Shown here piece after piece: positions 15,751-25,583 of a stretch of 64,000 bases of DNA. Positions within the stretch are counted from its first letter, which is position 1. Every line of letters starts with the position of its first letter. The notes beneath the pieces are model-generated. The model did no database searches. It saw only the letters and a list, made by a program, of their open reading frames with translations, and was not told the DNA's origin. The translations under genes and the position numbers were made by a program. The DNA is from Sphingopyxis sp. (lineage in GTDB: Bacteria > Pseudomonadota > Alphaproteobacteria > Sphingomonadales > Sphingomonadaceae), in the NCBI GenBank assembly GCA_030145715.1, contig JAIXHQ010000001.1, positions 65,701 through 129,700 on the forward strand, written 5' to 3'.

Positions 15751-18288
15751 TCAGGACAGGATAGCGCGCAGCCGTTCGAGGATGACGTCGCGCTCGAATG
15801 GTTTGCGCACGACGGGAACGGCGCCAAGGTCTTCGGGGATCGCGCCATCGTCGCCATAGCCGGTCGCGAACAGAAAGGGCGTGCCGCGGGCGATGAGTTC
15901 GCGTGCAACGGCCTCCGACGTTTCCTGCCCCAGATTGATGTCGAGGATCGCGAAGTCCGGATTGGCCCGTGACAGGAAATCGAGCGCGTCGGCCGGCGAA
16001 CTCAATGTATTGAGCACCTCGACGCCCGCGTCCTCCAATATCTGTTCCAGGTCGATCGCGATCAAAAGCTGGTCCTCGACCAGCATCGCCCGCTTTCCGG
16101 CAAGGTCGGCCATGGTCGGCGCGACCGACGCCACCGCCTTCTTTTGCGCCAAGGCCGGTCGGTCTTTTCGCAGCGCCACGAAACGCGATGGGATGATGAA
16201 ATCGGCGACAAGGCCGCTGCGTTCATAATCGACCGACGCCTCGCCACCAAGGTCGAACGGGATGCTGCGATCGATCAGGACCGACCCAAAGCCGCGCCGC
16301 GTCGGTTCGCGCACCGTGGGACCGCCGCTTTCGCGCCACGCAATGCGACATGCGCCGACCTCGCTCAGCGACCATGCGACGCTCAGCCGGCCGCCGGGCG
16401 CGGACAGCGCGCCATATTTGGCGGCGTTCGTCGAAAGTTCGTGCAGGACCAGCGCCATGATCGAATAGGCCCGCGCGTCCATCCACACCGACGGCCCATC
16501 GAGCGAAACGCGATCGCCCTCGCCCCAATAGGGCATCAGTTCGGCGTGCAGCAGGTCGGACAGCGCGCCGCCGCCGTCGTTGCGCACGACCTGATCATGC
16601 GCGAGCGACAGCGCCTGGATGCGGCCGCGCAGGGTCGCGGCATAATTTTCCAGCGTATCGCCGTCGGTGGTCGGATGCACGACGAGCGAGCGGATCACCG
16701 CGAGGATATTCTTGACCCGGTGATTGAGTTCCTCGTTCAGCATCCGCTGACGCACCGCCGCCTTGGTGCGCTCGTCGGCCAATCGCTCGCTATGCTGAAG
16801 GATCACCTCGACCAGCGCGATGCGCGTCGCCTCGGCGAATTTCCGCTCATGTTCGGTCCATGGCGCGCTTTCGTGGCGGACCGTCTCTTTCCAGATGGCA
16901 AAGCTTTTGCGCGGGGTCAGCCGGTCGCCCAGCGGCCCGGTCTCATACGTCTTTTCCGGATTGCCCGCCCAGTCGAGCGTGTGGACGAGTTCCTTGCGGA
17001 AAAAGAACAGGAAATCGCGCGGGCGCTGCGACAGCGGGATGACCAGCATCCCCGCCGCAAGGTCGGCGTGGGATGCCGCGCCGGGTACGACATTGGACAG
17101 TTTGTGGGTGGCCCAGACCGCCCCCTCGGCCACGGTTTCGGCAAAGCGCACAAGCGCCGGCACGGCTTCGCGCGGCGGGACCGACCCCTCGACCGTCAGG
17201 CGGCCGTCAAGCCACATCGCCACGCCGTCGCAGGGGATGAGTTTCGAAAAGTCGCCCAGTTTATCGCGCAGCATCGTGTTGATGTCCTGCACGCCGACGG
17301 TATCGCGCAGAAATCTGTCGAGCGCCTCGCGCGCCGCATGGGCGGCATCGAGCGACTGCTTGTGTTGAAGCGCGTTCAGGTGGAGCGAGAAAAACTCGCC
17401 GAACATCTCGGCCGCGACGCGCTCTGCCATCGACAGGGTGCGCGGGCCATAATGATGACAGGCGATCAGCCCCCACAGTGCGCCATCGATGATGATCGAG
17501 ATCGACATCGACGCGCCGACGCCCATGTTGCGCAGATATTCGCAATGGATCGGCGACACGCTGCGCAGATGGGCGAAAGAAAGGTCGAGCGGCTCGCCCG
17601 ATGCGTCGAGCACCGGTTCGATCGGGATGCGTTCGAAATTTGCGTCGGAAATGATGCGGATGGTGTTTTTGAGATAGAGCGCGCGCGCCTGTTGCGGAAT
17701 GTCGGTCGCGGGGAAATATTGCCCCAGAAAGCTTTCCAGATGCGGGCGCTTGGCCTCGCTCACCACCTTGCCCGCGCCATCGGCCCCGAATTGATAGATC
17801 ATGACGCGGTCATAGCCGAGCGCCGCCTGCACCAGCCGCGCGGTGTCGCGGGTCAGCCGTTCCACCGTGTCGATCGCGGTGATGCGGCCGATCATCGCGC
17901 GCGCCATTTCCAACGGTTCGGCAACCTTTGGTTCGGTCGGTTCGAATTCCAGTATAGTGCTGCCCTTGCACCGGTGGACGGCGACGTCGAAACGGCGGCC
18001 ATTTTCCAGATCGAACCCAAAGACCAGCGCCGACCGGCCGCTGAGCTGTGCCCGCGACAGCGCGTTGCGCAATTCATGCGCCTGTTGCCCGCCGGTGACA
18101 TCGACAAGGTATCGGCCGTTGATCGGCCCCTCGATCCCCAGCAACGCGCCGCTGTTCGTCGAATGCCGGAGCATCACGGTCGCGCCGGCATCGCAGGCGA
18201 GCAGACAGCCGTGCGGCTGGATGCTGCCGGGGATATGGATGGGTTCGCGGTCGCAGTTGCTAAGGTCGACACGGCTCGTTTCGGTCAT
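15751..18288 (-). CDS. bphP: Bacteriophytochrome (PAS-GAF-PHY, HWE histidine kinase, REC)
   Basis: LSNCDREPIHIPGSIQPHG (biliverdin Cys), PATDIP, LRSVSPIH, LTPRKSF tongue, ELNHRVKN, C-terminal receiver (LDINL, FATGY, KP). Confidence 0.95.
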   Translation of the reverse strand: MTETSRVDLSNCDREPIHIPGSIQPHGCLLACDAGATVMLRHSTNSGALLGIEGPINGRYLVDVTGGQQAHELRNALSRAQLSGRSALVFGFDLENGRRFDVAVHRCKGSTILEFEPTEPKVAEPLEMARAMIGRITAIDTVERLTRDTARLVQAALGYDRVMIYQFGADGAGKVVSEAKRPHLESFLGQYFPATDIPQQARALYLKNTIRIISDANFERIPIEPVLDASGEPLDLSFAHLRSVSPIHCEYLRNMGVGASMSISIIIDGALWGLIACHHYGPRTLSMAERVAAEMFGEFFSLHLNALQHKQSLDAAHAAREALDRFLRDTVGVQDINTMLRDKLGDFSKLIPCDGVAMWLDGRLTVEGSVPPREAVPALVRFAETVAEGAVWATHKLSNVVPGAASHADLAAGMLVIPLSQRPRDFLFFFRKELVHTLDWAGNPEKTYETGPLGDRLTPRKSFAIWKETVRHESAPWTEHERKFAEATRIALVEVILQHSERLADERTKAAVRQRMLNEELNHRVKNILAVIRSLVVHPTTDGDTLENYAATLRGRIQALSLAHDQVVRNDGGGALSDLLHAELMPYWGEGDRVSLDGPSVWMDARAYSIMALVLHELSTNAAKYGALSAPGGRLSVAWSLSEVGACRIAWRESGGPTVREPTRRGFGSVLIDRSIPFDLGGEASVDYERSGLVADFIIPSRFVALRKDRPALAQKKAVASVAPTMADLAGKRAMLVEDQLLIAIDLEQILEDAGVEVLNTLSSPADALDFLSRANPDFAILDINLGQETSEAVARELIARGTPFLFATGYGDDGAIPEDLGAVPVVRKPFERDVILERLRAILS

Positions 18289-18818
18289 GGGGTATCCGCT
18301 GCATAAATGGACAGAGCGAAGTCGAACGTCGATACGGCGCCCGCAAGCGCCCTGTCATGGTCCGCTTCCGCTATGGCGTCGAGTTTGGCCAGAAAAGCCT
18401 TCCAGCGGCCCGGATCGCCTGTCTGCGCCGCAAGGTGCCGCGCGCCGTGGGCCGCGCCCAGGCCAAGTTCAGCGGCCCGCCGCGCAAGCAGCCGGGCGCC
18501 AAGCGCCGAACCTTCGAGGACATAGGCGACGCCGAGCGCCGACGGCGCGTCATGCTCCTCCAGTTCGAGCAGCCGCGATTCGTCGGGCTGGTCGCCAAGG
18601 TCGGCCAGGTCGGCGCGCATATATTGCGCCAGCGGTTCGACCGACCAACCGTCGATCGGCGCCAGCGCGCGCTCCGCGCCTTCGCGAAAGACCAGGCTTT
18701 TGCGAACGAAATCGCGATAGGCGTCCACGTCCGCAAAAAGCCCGACCGCCCGGTCGAGGCGGTCGTGTCGGCTGGCGGTATGGTCGCGAAGCGCTGTACG
18801 AAGTCTGTTCTGTTTCAA
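18285..18818 (-). CDS. bphO: Biliverdin-producing heme oxygenase
   Basis: LRDHTASRHDRLD proximal His and YVLEGSALGA. Overlaps the bphP start. Confidence 0.9.
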   Translation of the reverse strand: MKQNRLRTALRDHTASRHDRLDRAVGLFADVDAYRDFVRKSLVFREGAERALAPIDGWSVEPLAQYMRADLADLGDQPDESRLLELEEHDAPSALGVAYVLEGSALGARLLARRAAELGLGAAHGARHLAAQTGDPGRWKAFLAKLDAIAEADHDRALAGAVSTFDFALSIYAADTP

Positions 18819-18884
18819 ATATCTGTCCGATCCCGGGCAGCGTGGGGAGAGGGTCGCGGCATGTCACGAAATGGCCGATAGTCT

Positions 18885-18900
18885 CTTAACATGGGTTAAG
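18885..18900. promoter_or_regulatory. Perfect inverted repeat CTTAAC-N4-GTTAAG between the divergent bphO and hybrid kinase genes
   Basis: CTTAACATGGGTTAAG, read directly. Confidence 0.45.
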
Positions 18901-18931
18901 TACTACAAATCATCGCCCGCAAAAAATCAGG

Positions 18932-18956
18932 GGAACCCCTCTTCCCTCCTCTCGTT
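18932..18956 (+). promoter_or_regulatory. EcfG (general stress response sigma)-type promoter of the hybrid kinase
   Basis: GGAAC-N16-CGTT, an exact consensus match, 65 bp upstream of GTG 19021. Confidence 0.7.
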
Positions 18957-19020
18957 CTCCACACTGGCGCCGCGAGAGACTGCGTGCGATACCGGAGCGA
19001 CAGCGGCGAAAGGGATATGC

Positions 19021-21033
19021 GTGGGCAAAGGCGGTCCGGAAATCGATCCGATCCTGACGGAAATGTTCGAACAGGCGCCGACCTTCATGGCGCTGCTGCG
19101 CGGGTCCGACCATCGTTTCGAACTCGCCAACCCGCGCTATATCGATCTGGTCGGCGGGCGCGATGTGGTCGGCAAGACGGTCGCCGACGTGCTGCCCGAT
19201 GCCGCCGCACAGGGGTTCGTGTCCATCCTCGACCAGGTCTATGCCAGCGGCGAGACCTATAATGGCTATGACGTTCGTTTTTCGGAACAGGCGGTGCCTG
19301 ACGGGCCGGTGACCGACCATTATCTCGACTTTGTCTTTCAGCCGATCCGACGATCCGACGGGTCGGTCAGCGCGATTTTCGTGCAGGGCGCCGACGTCAC
19401 CGAACGCACCAATGCCGACCGGGCGCGCCGCGACCTTGAACATCTGTACAAACGCATGTTCGACGCGATCGACGAGGGTTTTTGCATCATCGAATTTTTC
19501 GACGGCCCGCACGGCCCCGATAGCGACTATATCCATATTCAGGCCAATGCCGCCTATGAACGCCATGCCGGCATCTCCAATGTCGTCGGCCAAAAGCTGC
19601 GCGAAATGGTTCCTGACGAGGCCGACGCCTGGGTCGCGCGGTATGGCGCGGTGCTGGCCACGGGCCAGCCGGTCCGGTTCCAGCAGGAATTGGTCGCCAC
19701 GGGGCGCTTTCTGGAGCTGGCCGCGATCCGCATCGACCCGCCGAGCCGAAAGCAGGTCGCGGTGCTGTTTCAGGACATCACCGCGCGCAAGCGGGCCGAG
19801 GCCGCGCTGGAAGAGTTGAACGCGACGCTCGAACGTCAGGTGGAGGAACGCACCGCCGAACTGTTGGCCGCCGAGGAATCGCTGCGCCACGCCGCCAAGA
19901 TGGAGGCGGTCGGGCAGTTGACCGGCGGGCTGGCGCACGACTTCAACAATATTCTGGCGGGGATCAGCGGCAGCCTGGAGGCCATATCGGCACGGCTGGC
20001 GCAGGGTCGCATCGCGGATGTCGAGCGTTACCTGACCGCCGCTTCGGGCGCGACCCGGCGCGCGGCGAACCTGACCCAGCGCCTGCTCGCCTTTTCGCGG
20101 CGACAGACGCTCGCCCCTAAACCGATCCTCGTCAATCGCCTGGTCGAAGGGATGCTGGACCTTGTCGGGCGCAGCGTCGGCCCCGGTATCGAGGTCGAGA
20201 CGGCGGGCGGAACCGGCCTGTGGACCTGCTTCGTCGATGCCGATCAACTGGAGAACGCCCTCCTCAACCTTTGCATCAATGCGCGCGATGCGATGCCCGA
20301 AGGCGGGCGCCTGACCATCGAGACGTCGAACCGCTGGATGGATGAAAGCGCCGCGCAGGTCCGCGGGCTGGAACCCGGTCAATATGTCTCGCTGTGCGTG
20401 TCCGACACCGGCACGGGCATGAGCCCGGACGTCATCGCCCGCGCCTTTGACCCCTTTTACACCACCAAGCCCGCCGGCGAGGGCACCGGGCTTGGCCTGT
20501 CGATGGTCTATGGCTTTGCCGGCCAGTCGGGCGGCGCGGCGCGCATCTATTCGGAAATTGGTAAGGGCACGATGATCTGTATCTATCTGCCGCGCCACGC
20601 CGCACCGGCGGAGATGGAGGAAATGCCGCCGATGCCCGACCCCACCGCCGCGCGGTCGTCCGGCGGCGAAACCATCCTGCTCGTCGATGACGAACCGCTC
20701 ATCCGTATGCTCGCCGCCGAACAATTGGAGGAACTGGGCTATCAGGTCGTCGAGGCAGAGGATGCCGCGTCGGCGCTGCGCCTGTTCGCCAGCATCGGGC
20801 CGATCAGCCTGCTGATCACCGACGTCGGTTTGCCCGGCGGAATGAACGGCCGCCAATTGGCCGATGCCGTCAGGGACCAGCAACCCGGTATCGAGGTCCT
20901 CTTCATCACCGGCTATGCCGAAAATGCGGTGCTGAACCACGGCCACCTCGACGCCGGGATGCATGTGATTACCAAGCCGTTCCAGATGGACCGCTTCGCC
21001 GCGCGCGTCAAAACGCTGATCTCCCCCACATGA
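19021..21033 (+). CDS. Hybrid sensor histidine kinase (PAS-PAS-HisKA-HATPase-REC)
   Basis: GQLTGGLAHDFNN, LLNLCINARDAM, GTGLGLS, receiver LITDVGLPGGMNG. Start placed at GTG 19021 (alternative ATG 19063) because the promoter lies inside the track's 5' extension. Confidence 0.9.
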   Translation: MGKGGPEIDPILTEMFEQAPTFMALLRGSDHRFELANPRYIDLVGGRDVVGKTVADVLPDAAAQGFVSILDQVYASGETYNGYDVRFSEQAVPDGPVTDHYLDFVFQPIRRSDGSVSAIFVQGADVTERTNADRARRDLEHLYKRMFDAIDEGFCIIEFFDGPHGPDSDYIHIQANAAYERHAGISNVVGQKLREMVPDEADAWVARYGAVLATGQPVRFQQELVATGRFLELAAIRIDPPSRKQVAVLFQDITARKRAEAALEELNATLERQVEERTAELLAAEESLRHAAKMEAVGQLTGGLAHDFNNILAGISGSLEAISARLAQGRIADVERYLTAASGATRRAANLTQRLLAFSRRQTLAPKPILVNRLVEGMLDLVGRSVGPGIEVETAGGTGLWTCFVDADQLENALLNLCINARDAMPEGGRLTIETSNRWMDESAAQVRGLEPGQYVSLCVSDTGTGMSPDVIARAFDPFYTTKPAGEGTGLGLSMVYGFAGQSGGAARIYSEIGKGTMICIYLPRHAAPAEMEEMPPMPDPTAARSSGGETILLVDDEPLIRMLAAEQLEELGYQVVEAEDAASALRLFASIGPISLLITDVGLPGGMNGRQLADAVRDQQPGIEVLFITGYAENAVLNHGHLDAGMHVITKPFQMDRFAARVKTLISPT

Positions 21034-21181
21034 TGCATGGCGCGCCGTGACATGGGCGCGCCGGTCATGGGCGCAGGATGATGATGGAACCATCCGGCGG
21101 GTTCCCGCATAGCCTGTTGCAGAGCCGCGAATAATCCGGCCTGCACGTCCGCTCGCCGGGCGCGCAAACAGGGGAGAGACC

Positions 21182-23077
21182 ATGCCCGGACGCCTGCCGC
21201 ATATCCTGCGCCTGACGCTCATCGCGGTCGTGATCGTCGCGGTCGTCGCGACACTGGCGCTTGCGCTTTTCCCGGTCGGGATGCTGCGCGGCACGGCGGA
21301 ACGGCGGCTGAGTGACGAATTTGGCGCACCGGTCCGGATCGGCGCGCTTGAACGCGGCAACGGATTTTCCTTTGTGCCGGAAATCAGCGCCCGCGACGTC
21401 CGCATCGGCCAGCCCGCATGGGCGGGCACGGGCGACATGGTGACGGTGGCCCGGATGACGACGCGCGTCCCGATCCTGGGCCTGCTCATGGGCAAGGCCG
21501 AACCGCGCACGATCGTCATCGACGGCCTTCGGCTCGCGCTTATCCGCGACGCCAAGGGCAACAGCAATTGGGGCGGTCGGGCAGACGCATCGCGAGGCGA
21601 GGAGAAAGACGGCCCGGCCCTGCGGATCGAAACGCTGCGCATCACCGGCGGCCGCTTCACGCTTCGCGACGCGAAACGCCGGCTCGACATCGCCGGAACG
21701 ATCGAGGCCCGCAGCGCCGCCAGCCTGGCGATCGCGGCGGAAGGCAAATTCAACGGCGCGCCGGCGCGGCTCGACGCGCGCAGCACGGGCGGCGCGAGCG
21801 CCGCCGGACGCTGGCCATTTACCGCGCGCCTGTCGTCGGACCTGCTCGACCTGACCGCGAACGGGACGATGGCGGGTCCGCTCGATACCGGCGACATGCG
21901 CCTGAAAATTCGCGCCCGCGCCACCAGCCTGAAACAGCTCGACCATATTATCGAGGCGGGCCTGTTCGGGACCCAGCCCATCGATCTGGGCGGCGACGTC
22001 CGCCACAATGGCGAGGGCTGGTTCATCGACCGCCTTGCCGGCAATATCGGCCGATCGAAGATCCGCGCCCGCGCCTCCATCCGCAAGGCGGACGGGCGCA
22101 CCAAAATCGACGCCGCGATCGACGCGCCGCAACTCGATTTCGACGATCTGGCCGACGACGCCGGGCTGGCGGCGGCGCGGGCGAAGGCGGCGCGCATCGG
22201 CCCCCGCGTCCTACCCGACACGCGCATCAACCTCAACAAGATGGGACCGACCGACGGCGTCATCCGCGTGTCGATCAAACAGCTTCTGGTCGAGGGCGGA
22301 TCGGTGTTCCGCAGCCTTAGCGGAACGTTGAGGCTCGACCGCCGCGTGCTGCGGTTCGATGATGCTGTCGCCGGGATGGGACGCGGCACGATGACCGGCT
22401 GGGTCAAGGTCGATTCGCGCGGGCGCTCGCCCATTTTCACGACCAACCTCCGGGTCGAGGGCGCGACCTTTGACGATTTCATCGGCCAGCCCGACATGAT
22501 CCGCGGTCCCGTTCGCGGCGTCATCCGCATCAGCGGGCGCGGCGACACGATCCGCGAAGCCTTTGCGGCGGGGTCGGGAAAAATCGCCTTTGTGGCGAAC
22601 GGCGGCGCAATGAACCGCGCGGCGGCCTTTGTCATCGCGCAGGATCTGGGCGGCGCGATCGGCCAGAAACTGGGCGACGACAATGAAATGACGCCGATCC
22701 GCTGCGCCATCCTGTCCTTTTCGGCCGCGAACGGCGTGCTGACCCCCTCACCGCTCGTCATCGACACGGCGATCGCGCGTGCAAGGGGGCACGGCCGGAT
22801 CAACCTGAATGGAGAGACGGTCATGCTGGCGATGAACGGTGCGGGCGCCAAAAAGCCGGCGCTCAAGCTCGTCGATCCGCTCACGGTCGGCGGGACGCTC
22901 ACCGCCCCGGCGATCAGCTTCGCTCCCCCCGGAAAGAAGGACGGCGGGCTGCTCGGCGCCGTCGGCCGATCGATCGGATCGGCGCTGGGCCTGCGCAAGG
23001 ACCCCGGACGTAACGCGCCGCTGCCCAGCCCCGGCACGGTCAACTGCCGCGCCCTGTCGGCCGCCGCCTTGCGCTGA
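21182..23077 (+). CDS. AsmA-family envelope protein
   Basis: N-terminal TM anchor, 'RDAKGNSNW', 'TPIRCAI...GVLT...IDT...G.G.INL..E' C-terminal AsmA pattern. Confidence 0.8.
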   Translation: MPGRLPHILRLTLIAVVIVAVVATLALALFPVGMLRGTAERRLSDEFGAPVRIGALERGNGFSFVPEISARDVRIGQPAWAGTGDMVTVARMTTRVPILGLLMGKAEPRTIVIDGLRLALIRDAKGNSNWGGRADASRGEEKDGPALRIETLRITGGRFTLRDAKRRLDIAGTIEARSAASLAIAAEGKFNGAPARLDARSTGGASAAGRWPFTARLSSDLLDLTANGTMAGPLDTGDMRLKIRARATSLKQLDHIIEAGLFGTQPIDLGGDVRHNGEGWFIDRLAGNIGRSKIRARASIRKADGRTKIDAAIDAPQLDFDDLADDAGLAAARAKAARIGPRVLPDTRINLNKMGPTDGVIRVSIKQLLVEGGSVFRSLSGTLRLDRRVLRFDDAVAGMGRGTMTGWVKVDSRGRSPIFTTNLRVEGATFDDFIGQPDMIRGPVRGVIRISGRGDTIREAFAAGSGKIAFVANGGAMNRAAAFVIAQDLGGAIGQKLGDDNEMTPIRCAILSFSAANGVLTPSPLVIDTAIARARGHGRINLNGETVMLAMNGAGAKKPALKLVDPLTVGGTLTAPAISFAPPGKKDGGLLGAVGRSIGSALGLRKDPGRNAPLPSPGTVNCRALSAAALR

Positions 23078-23146
23078 CGGCGCTCTGAAAAACCGATGGT
23101 TAGTGGAATGTCCCGATCCCCGACGGGACCCTTTCGGACGATGGCC

Positions 23147-23222
23147 TGGCAGGGGCAGCAGGACTCGAACCCGCGACCCTCGGTTTTGGAGACCGATGCT
23201 CTACCAACTGAGCTATACCCCT
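23147..23222 (-). tRNA. tRNA-Trp (CCA)
   Basis: AGGGGTATAGCTCAGTTGGTAGAGCATCGGTCTCCAAAACCGAGGGTCGCGGGTTCGAGTCCTGCTGCCCCTGCCA: 76 nt, CCA anticodon, encoded CCA end. Confidence 0.97.
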
Positions 23223-23314
23223 AGGCCGGAGTGCGCCACTAGCCGGATTGCGAAAGCGGAGCAAGAGGGATGACGGGTTGCGTCGGCGGGCCGGGCTGAT
23301 ATGCGCGATCGGGC

Positions 23315-24259
23315 ATGACCGTCGGCCCCTCTTCCACCCCATCGACCGCCGCTCCGCAGAATTATCTGGGCGGGATCGCCCTGCGGCTTCTGGCAATGGC
23401 CAGCGTGTCGCTGATGTTCGTGCTGGTCAAATATATCGACGCCGCGGGTATCCATATCGTCGAAAGCCTGTTCTGGCGGCAGGCGCTGATCCTGCCTTTC
23501 CTATTTATTTGGATGCTTGCCAGGGGGGGCCTGTCGTCCCTGCGAACCCGGCGAATCGGCGCGCACGGGCGGCGGATGCTGATGGGCCTGACCGGCATGG
23601 CGTGCAATTTCGGCGCGATGATCCTGCTGCCGATGGCAGAGGCGACGACGATCGGCCTGTCCGTCCCGATCTTTGCGGTCATCTTTGCCGCGCTGCTGCT
23701 GGGCGAGGAAACCGGGTGGCAGCGGTGGAGCGCGGTGATTGTCGGCTTTGTCGGCGTCCTCATCGTCCTGAACCCCATCGCGGGCTTTGCCGGCGGGTTT
23801 GGCGGCGATCATGGCATCGGCACCCTGGTCGCGCTGGCCGGCGCGATCATGACCGCGCTCATCACCATTGCCATCCGCGACCTTGGCCGCACCGAAAATG
23901 CCGCGACGATCGTATTCTGGTTCAGCCTGTTGTCGATGATCCCGCTGGGCATTGCCCTGCCCTTTGTCTTCACGCCGCACAGCGCCGACCAGTGGCTGCT
24001 GCTGATCGGGCTGGGATTTCTAGGCGCGATCGTCCAGATGTCGCTGACCGGGGCACTGCGCCTTGCCCCCGTCGCGGTCGTCATCCCGATGGATTATTCC
24101 AACCTGTTGTGGGCGATTGCGGCGGGCTGGTGGTTCTTTGGCACCCTGCCGGCCGACACGACCTGGATCGGCGCGCCGCTGATCGTCGCGTCGGGGCTGT
24201 TCATCGCCTGGCGCGAGCATCGGCGCCACATCAACCGGGTGAAGGAAGTCGCCGCATGA
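23315..24259 (+). CDS. DMT/EamA-family transporter
   Basis: About 10 TM helices, LLGE...RWSAV..GF.GVLIVL, 'PMDYSNL'. Confidence 0.9.
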   Translation: MTVGPSSTPSTAAPQNYLGGIALRLLAMASVSLMFVLVKYIDAAGIHIVESLFWRQALILPFLFIWMLARGGLSSLRTRRIGAHGRRMLMGLTGMACNFGAMILLPMAEATTIGLSVPIFAVIFAALLLGEETGWQRWSAVIVGFVGVLIVLNPIAGFAGGFGGDHGIGTLVALAGAIMTALITIAIRDLGRTENAATIVFWFSLLSMIPLGIALPFVFTPHSADQWLLLIGLGFLGAIVQMSLTGALRLAPVAVVIPMDYSNLLWAIAAGWWFFGTLPADTTWIGAPLIVASGLFIAWREHRRHINRVKEVAA

Positions 24260-24873
24260 CGCGCCCGATATTATATCATTGTCCCGACGCCCGGTCGCTG
24301 CGCTGTATGTGGGCGGTCGAGGAGGCGGGGATCGACGTCGACCTGCGCCTGCTCAAATTCCCGCCGCGCGCGTTCGAACCCGAATATCGCGCGATCAACC
24401 CGCTGATGACCATTCCCGCCTGGGTCGAGGACGGCCGGTTGATGACCGAATCGGGCGCGATATGCGAACGCATTGCGGTCGATACACCGCTCGAAGTCCG
24501 GCGGAGCGAAAGCGACTATTGGGATGCGCGCAACTGGCTTCACCGCAGCGATGCGACGCTGACCTTTCCGCTCGCGGTGATGATCCGCTATACGCGCGTC
24601 GAGCCCGAGGAACGCCGGCTGCCACAGGCGGTCGACGACTATAAGGCCTTTTTCGGCGGCCGGGCGCGCAGCATCGAAACCGCGTTGGCGGACGGGCGCG
24701 AGTGGCTGGTCGCCGGGCGCTTCACCATCGCCGACATCGCGGTGGGTTACGCCGCATTCCTTGCGACGACGCTGGGAGCCGAGGACGTGTTGGGCGACGC
24801 GACCAGGGCCTGGCTGAACCGATGCATGGCGCGCGAGGGGTTCAACCGGGCGCGGGAACGGCAGAACGGCTGA
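24256..24873 (+). CDS. Glutathione S-transferase family protein
   Basis: LYHCPDARSLR, INPLMTIP, ESGAI, FTIADI. ATG overlaps the DMT stop. Confidence 0.9.
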   Translation: MTRPILYHCPDARSLRCMWAVEEAGIDVDLRLLKFPPRAFEPEYRAINPLMTIPAWVEDGRLMTESGAICERIAVDTPLEVRRSESDYWDARNWLHRSDATLTFPLAVMIRYTRVEPEERRLPQAVDDYKAFFGGRARSIETALADGREWLVAGRFTIADIAVGYAAFLATTLGAEDVLGDATRAWLNRCMAREGFNRARERQNG

Positions 24874-24895
24874 TCGCCGCTGCGCGAATGCCCTG

Positions 24896-25432
24896 TCAGG
24901 CGGGCTTCCAGCTTTTCCGGTCTTCGGCCTGTTTGAGTATTTCGAACGCCGCCTGACCCGCGGCGAAACGCTTGGCGGCTTCGGCATCGCCCGGCTTCAC
25001 GTCGGGATGGCATTCCTTGGCCAGGTTGCGCCATGCCTTTTTCGTCGCCTCGAAATCCGCGTCGGGTTCGAGGTCGAGGATTTCGAGCGCGCGCATCTCG
25101 TCGGCGCTGCGGCTGCCGTCGCCCGACCCGCCCCACGCATAATGCTGGGCCCGGGCATAGCTGCGCGCGCCCTGCGCCTCTTCGGCGGCGCGCGCCGCGG
25201 CATCTTCGGCGCTGAGGCCGGCGAAATAGTCCCAGCCGCGATTATATTCGGCGGCATGGGTTTCGCAGAAATACCAGCGTTCCGGGCTGTTCGGCGACTT
25301 GGGCGCCGGACAGTTGCCGGGGTTGGTGCAACCATGGCGATCGCACAGCCGGACCTTTTGCGTTTCGCGCGACGACCCATAGGGCCGCCAGCGGGGAAAA
25401 CCCCAGTCGTCGGATCTCTTGGCGCGGCTCAT
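24896..25432 (-). CDS. DnaJ-domain protein with N-terminal Cys/His motif
   Basis: CDRHGC...CPAPKSP...FCETHAAEYN; C-terminal J domain with HPD. Confidence 0.88.
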   Translation of the reverse strand: MSRAKRSDDWGFPRWRPYGSSRETQKVRLCDRHGCTNPGNCPAPKSPNSPERWYFCETHAAEYNRGWDYFAGLSAEDAAARAAEEAQGARSYARAQHYAWGGSGDGSRSADEMRALEILDLEPDADFEATKKAWRNLAKECHPDVKPGDAEAAKRFAAGQAAFEILKQAEDRKSWKPA

Positions 25433-25583
25433 CCGTCCCACCTAGCGATTGGGAACGATGATTGCTAGCCGCGAAGGCCCAAACGCCCCTGGCGCAAGCC
25501 GACCTCAGCGGATCAAACCGTCTGCTTTCGGTCAGGCATCGGCCGCTGGCTGCACCGCGCCGCGGCGGGACGCGGCGCCCCCG

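Noticed and set aside
21086-21111. GGAAC-N17-CATA upstream of AsmA as an EcfG promoter
   Set aside because: The -10 element is imperfect and the GGAAC...GTTCC also forms a hairpin after the kinase stop, so it is ambiguous.
18910-23043. 1377-aa minus-strand ORF
   Set aside because: Antisense to the hybrid kinase and AsmA genes; low-information R/P/A/S sequence typical of high-GC shadow frames.
23147-23222. tRNA-Trp as an integration site for an island covering the left part of the window
   Set aside because: No integrase and no duplicate of the tRNA 3' end seen in the window; composition does not shift at the tRNA.
23248-24873. 541-aa ORF suggesting a fusion ending in GST (similar long 5' extensions at 30499, 45536, 46285, 52603, 54218)
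   Set aside because: The extensions overlap real upstream genes or intergenic DNA in other frames; the true starts are internal, with an RBS or stop-start overlap.
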